Part shown: positions 1 to 10,583 of the stretch, piece by piece | How the letters are laid out: every line of letters begins with the position of its first letter | Position numbering within the stretch: position 1 is the stretch's first letter | Assembly (NCBI GenBank): GCA_044374195.1 | Contig: JBILOY010000001.1 | Location: 949-64,948, forward strand | Source: Candidatus Nanopelagicales bacterium | Lineage (GTDB): Bacteria; Actinomycetota; Actinomycetes; S36-B12 | Direction: 5' to 3' | Length of the DNA: 64,000 bases | Program-made: the position numbers and the translations under genes | Notes under the pieces: generated by a model | The model's input: the letters and a program-made list of their open reading frames with translations, nothing else | Databases searched by the model: none | What the model was told of the DNA's origin: nothing

Positions 1-216
1 GCGCCGCTGGTCGCCTACGGAGCGACGATGCTCGTGCGCAAGGTGCTGCAGACCGGCTACCGACAGTTGACCGGCAGCGAGGTACCCGATGCCAGAGACC
101 CACAGGTGAGATTCGCGCGCGCACTGGCCTGGACAGTGATCACCGCTTCAACCTCAGCAGTGGTCGAGGTCGCGGTCTATCGATACGCGAATAAGCGCAG
201 CCAGCACCTCGACTAA
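1..216 (+). CDS. DUF4235-like small protein, 5' end outside window
   Basis: Frame 1 is open from base 1 to the TAA at 214-216. The C-terminal sequence (RKVLQTGYRQLTG...ALAWTVITASTSAVVEVAVYR) resembles actinobacterial DUF4235 proteins. Confidence 0.55.
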   Translation, partial: APLVAYGATMLVRKVLQTGYRQLTGSEVPDARDPQVRFARALAWTVITASTSAVVEVAVYRYANKRSQHLD

Positions 217-253
217 AGACCGGTCGAAACTCACCGAGCCACAGGTGCAGCAG

Positions 254-550
254 TCAGGAGCATTCCTTGCACACGGGTCCGGACTTGCTCTCGTGGTCGA
301 GCTGACTGCGATGGTGAACCAGGAAGCACTTTGAGCAGGTGAACTCATCGGCCTGCCGTGGAAGCACCCGCACGGTCAAGCTCTCGTCAGAGAGATCGGC
401 ACCGGGCAGCTCGAGATTCTCAGCCAGCTCCGCCTCGTCAACATCGACAGCCGAGGACGCCTTGTCTGCACGCCGAGCCTTGAGCTCCTCGAGGGAATCC
501 TCGGCGAGCTCCTCATCGGTCTTGCGCGGAGCGTCATAGTCGGTTGCCAT
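254..550 (-). CDS. DUF4193 domain protein
   Basis: MATDYDAPRKTDEELAEDSLEELK...FTCSKCFLVHHRSQL...CKEC is the conserved acidic N-terminus plus C-terminal Cys motif of DUF4193. I moved the start from 637 to the internal ATG at 548-550. Confidence 0.8.
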   Translation of the reverse strand: MATDYDAPRKTDEELAEDSLEELKARRADKASSAVDVDEAELAENLELPGADLSDESLTVRVLPRQADEFTCSKCFLVHHRSQLDHESKSGPVCKECS

Positions 551-693
551 GGTCAATCCCTTCCTTGCCTGTGTCCCATCACCAACATCGTGGAACCAGG
601 ATTTGTTCCTAGTGTCGGCGCGCAGATTGTCCCTCACCTGGCGCCTCAGGCCAACTCGGGGATACCCCCTGCGTGTCGCGGTAGCGTTCAGAC

Positions 694-1212
694 ATGCCGA
701 TCTACGCCCTCGGGGACCTCATCCCTCAGATTGACCCGACCGCCTTCGTCCACCCCGATGCGGTACTCATCGGTGATGTCACGATCGGCCCCGAGTCGAG
801 CGTCTGGCCGAATGCTGTCCTGCGCGGTGACCATGCCCCCATCGTGATCGGTGCCCAGACCTCGATTCAGGACGGCACGGTGATTCATGTCTCTCGCGGA
901 ACGCCGACCACAGTGGGCAACCGTTGCGTGGTGGGTCACAACGCGCACCTTGAGGGCTGCACGATCCTCGATCACTGCCTGATCGGTTCCGGATCAGTCG
1001 TCCTGCACAACGTGACGGTCGGCCCACACGCGCTGATCGGGGCGTGCGCCATGGTTCCGAACAACAAGGTGATCCCACCGCACGCGAAGGCACTGGGCGT
1101 GCCGGTCACCATCACTGAGAACGCCATCGGCGAAGACGACTTCGAGAGTGCTGTTAACGGTTATGTCAGCAATGTTCACCACTACTCAGCGCACATGCGC
1201 AGACTCGACTGA
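694..1212 (+). CDS. gamma-class carbonic anhydrase family protein (left-handed beta-helix, hexapeptide repeats)
   Basis: MPIYALGD..PQIDPTAFVHPDAVLIGDVTIG..SSVWPNAVLRGD matches the YrdA/PaaY-type gamma-CA family. Confidence 0.85.
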   Translation: MPIYALGDLIPQIDPTAFVHPDAVLIGDVTIGPESSVWPNAVLRGDHAPIVIGAQTSIQDGTVIHVSRGTPTTVGNRCVVGHNAHLEGCTILDHCLIGSGSVVLHNVTVGPHALIGACAMVPNNKVIPPHAKALGVPVTITENAIGEDDFESAVNGYVSNVHHYSAHMRRLD

Positions 1213-1214
1213 CC

Positions 1215-2489
1215 ATGCTCGCGCCCTATCGCAACATTCTGCGCATTCACGGCGCAGCCAAATTCTCGGGGATCGGGCTGCTCGCGCGACTCCCCGCTGC
1301 GATGGTCATGCTCGCGGTCATCTTGTTCGTCAGCGCGCAAACCGACTCGTTCGCCGTCGCAGGCGCGATGGCTGCTGCCTTCCAGGTCAGCGCCTCGACC
1401 GTCACGATCTTCTCCAGCCGCATCTCGGATCGGCTCGGTCAGTCACGCGTGCTCCCCTTGCTGTGCATCATCAATGCCACGTTCATGATCGCGTTCGTCG
1501 TCAGCATGCAGCGTGACCTCCCGCTGCTCATCTCGGGATTCTTCATCGCTGTTGCCGGTGCCTTTATGCCGGCCATCGGCTCCATGATCAGGGCTCGTTG
1601 GGCGGCCATTGCCGAGGGCACACAGCTGCGGACGGCCTTCGCGATGGAAAGCACGATTGACGAGTTTGACTGGGCGATCGGCCCTTTGCTGACGGCGGCA
1701 TTAGCTGCTGCAGTGGACCCAGCTGCGCCGCTCATCGCAGCCGCCATTTTCACCGTCGTGTTCGGACTTAGCCTGGCAGCGCTGCGTTCCACGCAGCCAG
1801 AGCCGAAAAGGCGTAGCGCGAATCATCGCCACCGTGGCAGCCTGATGCGCGAAGGTCTGCCAATCGTGGTCGTGACATTGGCCGGACTCGGCATCATGTT
1901 CGGTGCCTACGAGGTCGCCATTCCCGCATTCGCGCTCGAACAGGGTGCGCCAAACGCGAGTGGACTCATCCTCGCGATCTGGGCACTTGGCTCCATGCTT
2001 GGCGGCCTTTGGTTCGGTACCCGCCATTGGAAAGCGGGACTGCCGAAGCAGGCACAGATCGCCATTGGGTTCCTGGCCCTTGCCATGGTGCCGGGCCTGA
2101 TCGACTACTCAATCGTCGCCAGCTCAGTAGCCGCCTTCCTGGCCGGCATCGCCATCGCCCCCGCGCTGATCACCCAGTTCTCCCTCGCCGAGCGTCTGGT
2201 GGAGTCAGATCGCATCACCGAGGGAATCACCTGGGCAATGTCGGGGATCACCCTCGGATTCGCCGCGGGAAGTGCACTCGCGGGTGTCCTGATCGATGCG
2301 ATCGACGTGCGTGCCGGATTCGCCGTGTCGCTCGCAGGCGCGATCGCTGCGTTTCTTCTCGCGTGGGGCTTCCGAAGGGTCCTGGAGCGTCATGTGCGCC
2401 ATGGAACCGAACCCGCTGTCTACGCCCCCGGCTGGGATCCGATTCCGGGACCGGTCCCCGGAAGTTTCGACGACTTCGACTCAAAATGA
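1215..2489 (+). CDS. MFS transporter
   Basis: A 424-aa polytopic hydrophobic protein with about 12 TM segments, starting 3 nt after the gamma-CA stop. Confidence 0.8.
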   Translation: MLAPYRNILRIHGAAKFSGIGLLARLPAAMVMLAVILFVSAQTDSFAVAGAMAAAFQVSASTVTIFSSRISDRLGQSRVLPLLCIINATFMIAFVVSMQRDLPLLISGFFIAVAGAFMPAIGSMIRARWAAIAEGTQLRTAFAMESTIDEFDWAIGPLLTAALAAAVDPAAPLIAAAIFTVVFGLSLAALRSTQPEPKRRSANHRHRGSLMREGLPIVVVTLAGLGIMFGAYEVAIPAFALEQGAPNASGLILAIWALGSMLGGLWFGTRHWKAGLPKQAQIAIGFLALAMVPGLIDYSIVASSVAAFLAGIAIAPALITQFSLAERLVESDRITEGITWAMSGITLGFAAGSALAGVLIDAIDVRAGFAVSLAGAIAAFLLAWGFRRVLERHVRHGTEPAVYAPGWDPIPGPVPGSFDDFDSK

Positions 2490-2645
2490 CGCGGACTCTG
2501 CCGATGTCCCCCACGCAGATCACAAAGCGGTAAGTTGTCAGCCAGCACATCCGCCACTTGAGGAGTCATCCTGCAACCGCTCAGCCCCAAGGAGATCCAG
2601 GCCCGCGTTCGCGCCGGGGCCTCTCCGGACGTTGTCGCGGCCGAG

Positions 2646-3338
2646 ATGGGCTGGGATCTCGACAAGGTCGAGCGCTACGCAGGGCCGCCTCTCGCCGAGC
2701 GTGCCTACATTGCCGATCGCGCACAGCAGGTTGCTGTACGCGCCGGCGTGAGCCTGGCAGACAGCTCTCAAGCAGTGCTCGATGCCGACGGCGTTGACCG
2801 TGCCACTGTCGAATGGGATTCCTGGCGCCGCGAGGATGCCAAGTGGATCGTTACTGTCGCGTACGCCCGTGGCGCAGGCAATGCGCGAGCGAACTGGACC
2901 TTCGACAATGCGGGCAGCAACCTGCACCCTCTCGATGAGACTGCGCGCCACCTGATGGGTGTCACTGCGGTCGAGCCGGAGCCCGACGAGATCGACTTCA
3001 TCACTGACGATGCACAGGTTGCCGTCGTTGACGACGCCGAGATCATCGAAGCGCTGCGATCGTCCCAGTCGCTGAGCCGGCCGCATCTCGTAGCGGTACC
3101 CAGCGAACCCAACGAGACCATCACCATCGCACGTGAAGAGATCGTCGAAGTTATTGAAGTTGTTGAGACCGAGTTCATCGTCGAATCGACTGCATCGAAC
3201 GTGCAGGAGACCCTCGATGTGCCTGCGGTCAAGGCGCCCACGAAGAAGGCTGCCAAGCCCAAGGCAAAGGGGCGCCGCGCAAGTGTTCCGAGCTGGGACG
3301 AAATTCTTTTCGGGGCCACCCGAGGAGACGACCAGTAG
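2646..3338 (+). CDS. sepH: SepH-like septation protein (DUF3071), N-terminally short. Conserved sequence continues upstream to about 2571.
   Basis: The conserved block LSPKEIQARVRAGASPDVVAAEMGWDLDKVERYAGPPLAERAY spans the first ATG (2646). The frame is open back to the TGA at 2559-2561. The C-terminus is basic (KAPTKKAAKPKAKGRRASVPSWDEILFG), as in SepH. Confidence 0.7.
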   Translation: MGWDLDKVERYAGPPLAERAYIADRAQQVAVRAGVSLADSSQAVLDADGVDRATVEWDSWRREDAKWIVTVAYARGAGNARANWTFDNAGSNLHPLDETARHLMGVTAVEPEPDEIDFITDDAQVAVVDDAEIIEALRSSQSLSRPHLVAVPSEPNETITIAREEIVEVIEVVETEFIVESTASNVQETLDVPAVKAPTKKAAKPKAKGRRASVPSWDEILFGATRGDDQ

Positions 3339-3339
3339 G

Positions 3340-4431
3340 TCAGTTTCCGCTGCCTCGCATCACGATCGCGGGGATTCTCATCTCGTCATCGCTAAGCGCT
3401 CCGTGCTGACCGACCAGTGCTGAGACCCTCGTGTCGAATGAGCTCGATAGCGCGGTAGTCCCCCGCGAGATCGCTACGAAGTCTCCGATGCGCTCGGCGA
3501 TATCGGGTTCCACCTCTCCGAGCAGACCGGAGTCAATGAGCTCCTCGCGAGTACGGATGTCAACCTTGCCGGCCAGCCGCTGACGCCAGGCCACGACAAC
3601 GTCGGAGACCGCGCCCTCACGCACGTACACATGGCGCATTCGCGGCTCGCCAGCTATTCGCACGATGCCCGACGACAGCACCGAATCATCATCGATGCTC
3701 ACACGCTCGTCGCAGTTCACCATGCCGTGATCCGCTGTCACGATCGCCACAGCGTTTGCCGGCAACGTTTCCGACACTTGCTCCACGAGCCGATCAACCC
3801 GACGAAGGTCCGCCTGCCATTGCCGCGATCCCACGCCCTTGGCATGACCGGTGCGATCGAGATCAGGCCAGTACACGTATGTCAGCGTTCGAGTTGAGGA
3901 CCGCACGAGACGATGGGCATGCTCAACACGCGCAGCGATCGTCTCAGCTGCTTCATAGGTGCCACCGCGAAGAACCGCCCGAGTAAGCCCCGAATCGGAG
4001 TACTTGCCCGGGGCCAAGGTCGTCACTTCGACTCCTTCCAGGGCTGCGCTTTCGAAAATCGTGCGCTCCGGCTGCACTGCTACCGGCGTCACGCCGTCAT
4101 TCCAGTGCAATGGAGTCAAGATCTCTTCAGCTTCCGGTAGCCAAAAGCTCGCGCCCACGAGTCCGTGTGCGCCTGGCAGTAGCCCCGTTCCCAGTGTGCC
4201 GAGCCCCGCAGGCGTGGTCGACGGAAACACGGTGGAGATCTCGGTAGCGACATGACGATCCGAAGACAGGCATGGTGCGAGATCTCGATGCGTGATCAGC
4301 GAGTTCCAGCCAAGGCCATCGATCAAGATGATGACCGCGTGCTGGGCATCCCCCATGCCGAGGGTGTCGGTGAAACCGGGAATTCCGAGGGACGCCGCTG
4401 CTGAAGCCGGAACGTCGGCCAGGCCGCGCAC
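3340..4431 (-). CDS. alkaline phosphatase / nucleotide pyrophosphatase-phosphodiesterase family protein
   Basis: The motifs IILIDGLGWN and VTADHGM are typical of the type I phosphodiesterase/NPP superfamily. Confidence 0.8.
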   Translation of the reverse strand: MRGLADVPASAAASLGIPGFTDTLGMGDAQHAVIILIDGLGWNSLITHRDLAPCLSSDRHVATEISTVFPSTTPAGLGTLGTGLLPGAHGLVGASFWLPEAEEILTPLHWNDGVTPVAVQPERTIFESAALEGVEVTTLAPGKYSDSGLTRAVLRGGTYEAAETIAARVEHAHRLVRSSTRTLTYVYWPDLDRTGHAKGVGSRQWQADLRRVDRLVEQVSETLPANAVAIVTADHGMVNCDERVSIDDDSVLSSGIVRIAGEPRMRHVYVREGAVSDVVVAWRQRLAGKVDIRTREELIDSGLLGEVEPDIAERIGDFVAISRGTTALSSSFDTRVSALVGQHGALSDDEMRIPAIVMRGSGN

Positions 4432-5015
4432 TAGCGCAGGCGTGCTGCGGTGGCGTGCGACAGGGCCGCAGCGAAGGCCAGGGCCTGCTCAACGACCTCT
4501 GCACCGTCGGCCACTTCGGACACGCGCAAGGAGAGATCATCGTTGCTGGAGGTTCCGGTGTATCCGTGGTCAGCCTCGCATGAGGGATCGCCACAGGTGG
4601 CCGGCTCGAGATCGATGCGGCTGACTGCACCCCACCCAATGGTGAGCACGACCTCGGAAGCTGCACCCCCGGGCTGATGGCGTGCGGGTTCGCCCACGAC
4701 GCGGGTCACCACGACCGAGTCAACGCGTTCGATGCGCACCGCCTCGGTGGAGGCCGACGCGGTGGGAGTGGGATGTGTCTCGTCAGCGGGGTGCTCATCG
4801 GTGTGGCCGACGATCAATCTGGTCGGGGTCAGGGCAAGAACGGTGACGTGCCGACGCAACTCATCGCGCTCAAACGTTGCCTCGTGGTGGACGACATACG
4901 CGGCGAGGGACTCTCCGGCCAGCGCAGTGCTCAGGGCGTCCGAGACGAGATCGGGGTAGTACCCGCTGCGCTGGATATCGGTGCGCAGTTGCTCGTCGAG
5001 GGTGGCCTGACTCAT
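4431..5015 (-). CDS. DUF5998 family protein
   Basis: [28 protein letters not shown]... is the conserved actinobacterial partner of the upstream phosphodiesterase gene. Its stop overlaps the downstream start by 1 nt. I moved the start to the internal ATG at 5013-5015. Confidence 0.7.
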   Translation of the reverse strand: MSQATLDEQLRTDIQRSGYYPDLVSDALSTALAGESLAAYVVHHEATFERDELRRHVTVLALTPTRLIVGHTDEHPADETHPTPTASASTEAVRIERVDSVVVTRVVGEPARHQPGGAASEVVLTIGWGAVSRIDLEPATCGDPSCEADHGYTGTSSNDDLSLRVSEVADGAEVVEQALAFAAALSHATAARLR

Positions 5016-5143
5016 GGGTCCATCATGGCAGACGCACACCATGCGCCGCGGGCCCCAAGGCTGCCTCATGGCCGTGGGTGTCGGAGCACGGCTGCACGGG
5101 GTCGAGCCAGGACAATGAGGGCTCAGTCAACGAAGGGCACCAC

Positions 5144-7585
5144 GTGGCACGGCGCACCGCCAAGGCCTCCCCCGCCGGGGACGGCCGCATCGTCGACATC
5201 GACGTCTCCGAGGAAATGCGCAGCTCCTTCCTCGAGTACGCGTACTCGGTCATCTACTCACGCGCTCTCCCCGACGCCCGCGATGGCCTCAAGCCCGTGC
5301 AACGACGCATCTTGTTCCAAATGTCGCAGATGGGCTTGCGCCCCGACCGAGGTCATGTCAAGAGTGCACGCGTGGTCGGCGATGTCATGGGCCGCCTGCA
5401 TCCGCACGGAGACTCCGCCATCTACGACGCCCTCGTGCGTATGGCCCAGCCGTTCTCCCTTCGCCTGCCGATGATCGATGGCCACGGCAACTTCGGTTCG
5501 GCTGATGATGGACCGGCAGCAATGCGCTACACCGAAGCCAGACTGGCTCCAGCCGCCCTCGACATGACCACGAGCCTCGATGAGGACGTCGTCGACTTCG
5601 TCGCCAACTATGACGGCCGCGAGACCGAGCCCGCCGTCTTGCCGGCTGCCATTCCGAACCTGCTTGTCAATGGCGCATCAGGGATTGCGGTGGGCATGGC
5701 CACCAATCTCGTGCCGCACAACCTCGGCGAGGTCGTCGGTGCCGCTCGCCACCTGATCAAGAAGCCCAAGGCGAGCCTCGACGAAGTCATGCGGTTCATC
5801 CCGGGCCCTGACCTTCCCGGCGGAGGCGTGATCATCGGCCTCGACGGCATTCGTGATGCCTACGAGTCAGGGCGAGGCATGTTCAAGGTGCGTGCCCGCA
5901 CACGCATCGAGCAGGTCAGCCCGCGACGCAAGGGCATCGTCGTCACCGAGCTGCCCATGAATGTTGGCCCCGAGCGCATCATCGAGCGCATCAAGGATCT
6001 CGTACAGGCCAAGAAACTGCAGGGCATCGCCGACGTCATCGACCTCACCGATGGCGACTCAGGATTAAACCTCGTGATCGAGATCAAGAGCGCCTTCAAC
6101 CCTGAGGCAGTGCTCGAGCAGCTCTTCAAGCTCACACCAATGGAAGACAGCGTGAACATCAACGCGGTAGCACTCGTGCAGGGCCAGCCTCAGACCCTCG
6201 GCCTCCTCGACATGCTGCACGTGTTCCTTGCGCATCGCTTCGAGGTTGTTCTTCGCCGCAGCCGCTTCCGTCGCGCGAAGGCCCAAGATCGCCTGCACAT
6301 CGTTGAAGGTCTGCTCGTCGCCATCCTCGCTATCGATGAAGTCATTCAACTCATCCGCGAGTCCGATGACGCCACCTCGGCGAAACAGCGTCTCATCGAT
6401 GTCTTCGATCTCTCCGACACCCAGGCGACTTACATCCTGGACATGCCGCTGCGCCGACTCACGAAGTTCTCGCGCATCGAGCTAGAAAAGGAGGCTGACG
6501 GCCTGAGCGGCGACATCGAGGCATTGACCGCGATCATCGATGACGACAACGCCCTACGTACGGTCGTCTCCGATGAACTTGCCGCCGTGGCTAAGGCACA
6601 TGCCACACCAAGACGCACCTTGTTGATGGAAGGCAGCGTCGCTATCCCCAGTGCCGCAGTGTCGCTTGAGGTTGAGGATGAGCCATGCATCGTGCTGATG
6701 TCGAGTACTGGCCTAGTTGCCCGCACCTCTGACACTCAGCTGGCATCCGATCCCGAGGCCACGCGCGCCAAGCACGACGTGATCACCTCTCATGCTCCCG
6801 CCACCACCCGCGGGCACATCGGACTGGTCACGAGTGCCGGACGGGTCATTCGGATGTCGGTACTGGATATCCCATCGCTGCCTGCGGTCCACGGCACACC
6901 AGCCCTGTCGGCCGGCGCACCACTTGGCGCATTTATCGACCTGCCCAAAGGCGAATCGGTGCTGTGCCTGACTCCCCTTGACTGCGGCATTGCACTGGCG
7001 ACTCGCTCCGGTGTTATCAAGCGCGTGCAGCCTGATGCACTGTCGAACAAGGACTCCTGGGACGTCATTCGTCTTGACGACAAAGACGCCGTGATCGGCG
7101 CGACAGCACTCGACGAGGCAACCGCTGAATCTGCTGAACTCGTAATCATCACCGCCCAGGCACAGCTGCTGCACTTCCCCGCGAGCGCCGTGCGACCCCA
7201 AGGTCGCGCTGCGGCAGGCATGGCAGGCATCAAGCTCGGCGCCGGGGACGAAGTGCTCGGCTTCTCGGTCGTCACCGATCCGACTCAGGCCTGCATTGTC
7301 ACGATCGCGGGCTCCTCGAGTGCACTGCCGGGTACAGACGCGGGCAGCATCAAGGTCACCGCATTTGGTGAGTATCCCGCGAAGGGCCGTGCAACAGCAG
7401 GCGTGCGCTGCCACAAGCTGCGCTCGGGCGAAGACTCCCTCATCGGTGCCTGGGCAGTCAGCTCTCCGCCTCGGGCGGCCACAGCGTCAGGTGTCGCTGT
7501 CGAGCTTCCGGCGATCGATGATCGCCGCGACGGCACGGGCGTTGCAGGTACCGCACCCATCGCCGGTGTCGGCGGGTCAATCTGA
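5144..7585 (+). CDS. parC: DNA topoisomerase IV subunit A
   Basis: [63 protein letters not shown] is the GyrA/ParC signature. The proposed start is GTG 5144, preceded by GAAGGG. The ORF-track start at 4877 would overlap the divergent gene. Confidence 0.9.
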   Translation: MARRTAKASPAGDGRIVDIDVSEEMRSSFLEYAYSVIYSRALPDARDGLKPVQRRILFQMSQMGLRPDRGHVKSARVVGDVMGRLHPHGDSAIYDALVRMAQPFSLRLPMIDGHGNFGSADDGPAAMRYTEARLAPAALDMTTSLDEDVVDFVANYDGRETEPAVLPAAIPNLLVNGASGIAVGMATNLVPHNLGEVVGAARHLIKKPKASLDEVMRFIPGPDLPGGGVIIGLDGIRDAYESGRGMFKVRARTRIEQVSPRRKGIVVTELPMNVGPERIIERIKDLVQAKKLQGIADVIDLTDGDSGLNLVIEIKSAFNPEAVLEQLFKLTPMEDSVNINAVALVQGQPQTLGLLDMLHVFLAHRFEVVLRRSRFRRAKAQDRLHIVEGLLVAILAIDEVIQLIRESDDATSAKQRLIDVFDLSDTQATYILDMPLRRLTKFSRIELEKEADGLSGDIEALTAIIDDDNALRTVVSDELAAVAKAHATPRRTLLMEGSVAIPSAAVSLEVEDEPCIVLMSSTGLVARTSDTQLASDPEATRAKHDVITSHAPATTRGHIGLVTSAGRVIRMSVLDIPSLPAVHGTPALSAGAPLGAFIDLPKGESVLCLTPLDCGIALATRSGVIKRVQPDALSNKDSWDVIRLDDKDAVIGATALDEATAESAELVIITAQAQLLHFPASAVRPQGRAAAGMAGIKLGAGDEVLGFSVVTDPTQACIVTIAGSSSALPGTDAGSIKVTAFGEYPAKGRATAGVRCHKLRSGEDSLIGAWAVSSPPRAATASGVAVELPAIDDRRDGTGVAGTAPIAGVGGSI

Positions 7586-8538
7586 TGAGCGCCTGCTCCC
7601 TCGACTCACTCGCAGCTCACGAGCCCCTGGCCGGCACCGCGCAGGTGGCGCAGTGCTGGGTGATCATCGAGCAGCCGGGGCCCTGGGGATCACAGGCACT
7701 GCTGGAGAGCACCATCGATCCAGTTCTCGGGCAACAGCTCCTTGAACGCGCCGAGGGCACTGGCACCTCGCTGCTCCTCGCCCGACATCCCGATCGCACT
7801 GATCGCAACCAGACTGAGCACAACGTGTGGGTGGTGCACACCAGCCCCGGTGACTGCTGGATGCGCCACGGACTCATCCGCGATCTCGCTGAACTCGCCA
7901 CGTGGGATTACGCGGCCATGGCACAGGGCCAACTGCCGCCCATCGGAACCAAGATTGCCGACCCGACCATGTTCATTTGCACACACAGCGGCCGCGATAC
8001 CTGTTGTGCCATCCACGGTCGCGCGCTCATCGCGGCCGTGCATCAAGCGCTGCCGGCCGAGACTCGCTCGTCGGTGTGGGAATGCAGTCATCTAGGCGGG
8101 CACCGTTTCGCCCCGACAGCGCTCACCATCCCCTCCGGAGCCGTCTGGGGTCGACTGACGCCCGAGCGCGCCCTCGAGATCCACGCGGCTGCCTTTGCCC
8201 GTGAACTCACCACGGATTCATACCGCGGGCGGTCAGCGTGGCCGCAGCCCCTGCAAGCGGCTGAGGCGCACGTGCGCAGTTCCATTGACGAACGTGCCGA
8301 AAATGCACTCGACGTGTTGTGGGTCATCGATGATCGTGCCGTTCCGGCCCGCCCAGGCGTGCGATTCGAGAATCTGGCTCAGCTGGTGGCCGAAGTGCGC
8401 CACAGCGACGGCCGCAGTTGGCGGGTCACGGTGCGTACTCAGGAGATTCCTGAGCGAGCAGAGTCATGTGGCAAGGATCCTGTCACGGGTACCGCATGGG
8501 TGCCCGTGGCCATGTCGGAGATAGCGAACTGGCGCTAG
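7585..8538 (+). CDS. sucrase/ferredoxin-like (thioredoxin-like [2Fe-2S]) family protein
   Basis: It has the FICTHSGRDTCCAIHGR cysteine motif. Its ATG overlaps the parC TGA (TGATG). Confidence 0.75.
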   Translation: MSACSLDSLAAHEPLAGTAQVAQCWVIIEQPGPWGSQALLESTIDPVLGQQLLERAEGTGTSLLLARHPDRTDRNQTEHNVWVVHTSPGDCWMRHGLIRDLAELATWDYAAMAQGQLPPIGTKIADPTMFICTHSGRDTCCAIHGRALIAAVHQALPAETRSSVWECSHLGGHRFAPTALTIPSGAVWGRLTPERALEIHAAAFARELTTDSYRGRSAWPQPLQAAEAHVRSSIDERAENALDVLWVIDDRAVPARPGVRFENLAQLVAEVRHSDGRSWRVTVRTQEIPERAESCGKDPVTGTAWVPVAMSEIANWR

Positions 8539-9890
8539 GCCTTCGCCGCTGACAGCATGCCGTCGGCGGTGTGAATCGACGTGCGGGCACGGCCTGCTGA
8601 CTCGCCCAGAGCACGCTCAGCCTTGTCAATCGACCGCCAGCCCTCGGTGTCTACAGTCTCCAGAGCCGCGATGCGTGCATCGAACTCCTCGATCGTTCCG
8701 TGCGGGGCTGATGGCAGCAAGTTCGCACTGACATCCTCGATCAGCGATGCAACGGTGCCTACTGCGCACTTCTTGTTCGTTCCGATGATGCCGGTCGGGC
8801 CTCTCTTGATCCACCCGGCAACGTATTCGCCTGGCACGGTCACGCCATCGCGCTGTACACGACCCTCAACGCTCGGGATCACGTTCTTCCCGGAGTCGAA
8901 GGGCACCTCGTCGAGCGCCGTGCCACGGTAGCCAACGCTGCGTACGACGAAGTCAGCGTCAACCGTGTACATCTCGCCAGTGCCTGAGGCTCCACCGGTG
9001 GCATCGAGCGCGGTGCGCTCGACGACTACCTGGCGAACACGATCATCACCTGTCATCTCGACAGGGCGCGCGAAGAAGTGCATGTGGATGCGGCGACGCT
9101 TACCTTCGGGGGTACGAGTGGACCACTCGCGCATGACCTCAACATTGCGGGCCGTCGCCTTGTCGGAGGCTGCCTGCTCGAGACTGAACGCGTCTAGCTC
9201 CATGACGGCGGGGTCAATGATCACGTCGGCATCTGCGAGCTCACCGAGTTCCTTGAGCTCCTTGGTCGTGAACGTGGCCTGCGCAGGGCCACGACGGCCG
9301 AGCACATAGATATCTGTGATTCCGCTCTTGTCGAGGGTGTCGAACACGTGCTGGGGCATGTCGGTGTCATTGAGCTCGGCGACCGTCTTGCCCAGCACTC
9401 GCGTGACGTCGACAGCCACGTTGCCGACGCCAACGACCACTGCAGATGTAGCGGTGGGGACGAGCGACTCGAACTCAGCCCGGTCAGCCTCGGGGTGCCC
9501 GCAGTACCAAGCAACGAAATCGGTGGCCGCGACACTGCCGGCGAGATCCTCGCCCGGGATACCGAGGCGGCGATCACGGGAGGCTCCGTACGTGAAGATG
9601 ACCGCATCGAAGTACTCATGCAATTCGGCAACACTGATGTCGGTTCCGACCTCGAGGTTGCCTACGAAGCGAACTCCCGGCTTGTCGAGGATCTTGTCGA
9701 GGGTGTCGCGCACCGAACGGATGCTGTGGTGATCCGGTGCGACCCCGTAACGCACCAGGCCAAAGGGCACGGGCAACTTGTCAATGACGTCGATCGTTAC
9801 GGGAATGTCGGTTTGGCTGACCAGGGCGTCAGCGGCATACATGCCCGACGGGCCTGATCCGATGACAGCAACTCTGAGCGCTCGCGACAT
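8535..9890 (-). CDS. fprA: FprA-type ferredoxin-NADP+ reductase (FAD/NAD(P)-binding oxidoreductase)
   Basis: MSRALRVAVIGSGPSGMYAADAL...RYGVAPDHHSIR. The internal ATG at 9888-9890 has a GGAGGA Shine-Dalgarno sequence. The 609-aa ORF-track version is an upstream extension. Confidence 0.85.
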   Translation of the reverse strand: MSRALRVAVIGSGPSGMYAADALVSQTDIPVTIDVIDKLPVPFGLVRYGVAPDHHSIRSVRDTLDKILDKPGVRFVGNLEVGTDISVAELHEYFDAVIFTYGASRDRRLGIPGEDLAGSVAATDFVAWYCGHPEADRAEFESLVPTATSAVVVGVGNVAVDVTRVLGKTVAELNDTDMPQHVFDTLDKSGITDIYVLGRRGPAQATFTTKELKELGELADADVIIDPAVMELDAFSLEQAASDKATARNVEVMREWSTRTPEGKRRRIHMHFFARPVEMTGDDRVRQVVVERTALDATGGASGTGEMYTVDADFVVRSVGYRGTALDEVPFDSGKNVIPSVEGRVQRDGVTVPGEYVAGWIKRGPTGIIGTNKKCAVGTVASLIEDVSANLLPSAPHGTIEEFDARIAALETVDTEGWRSIDKAERALGESAGRARTSIHTADGMLSAAKA

Positions 9891-10040
9891 TTCGACTCCT
9901 CCATGGGGCGTGCTGGTCCCCGAACGATGCCACAGTCCAGGGCGCGCAGGGCCGCATCCACGCCACTGTGACGATGACCACGTACCTGATCTGGAGCCAG
10001 ATGTTGGCCGCTCCTTGGGATGTCCCCCTAGAGTTCGGCC

Positions 10041-10553
10041 ATGACTGAATTCCCCTCTGAAGCCTTCGCCGACGTCCTGGTCAGCAATGCCGCTCACGAA
10101 GCCGGATTCACCTCGAGTGCATTGACCGGAATCGCAGCCAAGGGTCTGGCGATCATCACCTGCATGGATAGCCGAATCGCTCCACTGGCAGTTGTCGGCA
10201 TGGAGCCCGGAGACGTCAAGATCATTCGAAACGCCGGTGCGCGAGTCACCGACGACGTCCTGCGCACCTTGGTGCTGGCTACCTACCTGCTGAACGTCAA
10301 TCGCGTGCTCGTGATGCCGCATACCGAGTGCAAGATGGCCAGTGGCACCGAGGCGGCAATTCACGCGGAGATCAAGGAGCGATTCGACGTCGACACCCGC
10401 AGCATGGAGTTCCGAACAGTCGACAACCAGGTGGCAGCCCTACAGACTGACCTTGATCGCATTCGCGCATTTCCACTATTGCCGCGAAATCTGCAGGTCG
10501 GTGGAGCGATCTACGACGTGCGTACTGGTCGACTGAACATCCATCAGGGCTGA
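10041..10553 (+). CDS. beta-class carbonic anhydrase
   Basis: The zinc-ligand pattern CMDSR...HTEC and overall similarity match mycobacterial CanA-type beta-CA. Confidence 0.85.
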   Translation: MTEFPSEAFADVLVSNAAHEAGFTSSALTGIAAKGLAIITCMDSRIAPLAVVGMEPGDVKIIRNAGARVTDDVLRTLVLATYLLNVNRVLVMPHTECKMASGTEAAIHAEIKERFDVDTRSMEFRTVDNQVAALQTDLDRIRAFPLLPRNLQVGGAIYDVRTGRLNIHQG

Positions 10554-10583
10554 GCAATCTGCCAAATCGGCTAATCGCCGCGC

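Noticed and set aside
9891-10364. Long N-terminal extensions suggested by the ORF track. Examples are fprA to 10364, parC from 4877, metX to 17601, recA to 50071, nrdR to 33346, LysM to 34015, clgR to 51669 and the HTH protein to 54480.
   Set aside because: The extensions overlap neighbouring genes or lack homology. In each case an internal start matches the conserved family N-terminus, and most have a good Shine-Dalgarno sequence.
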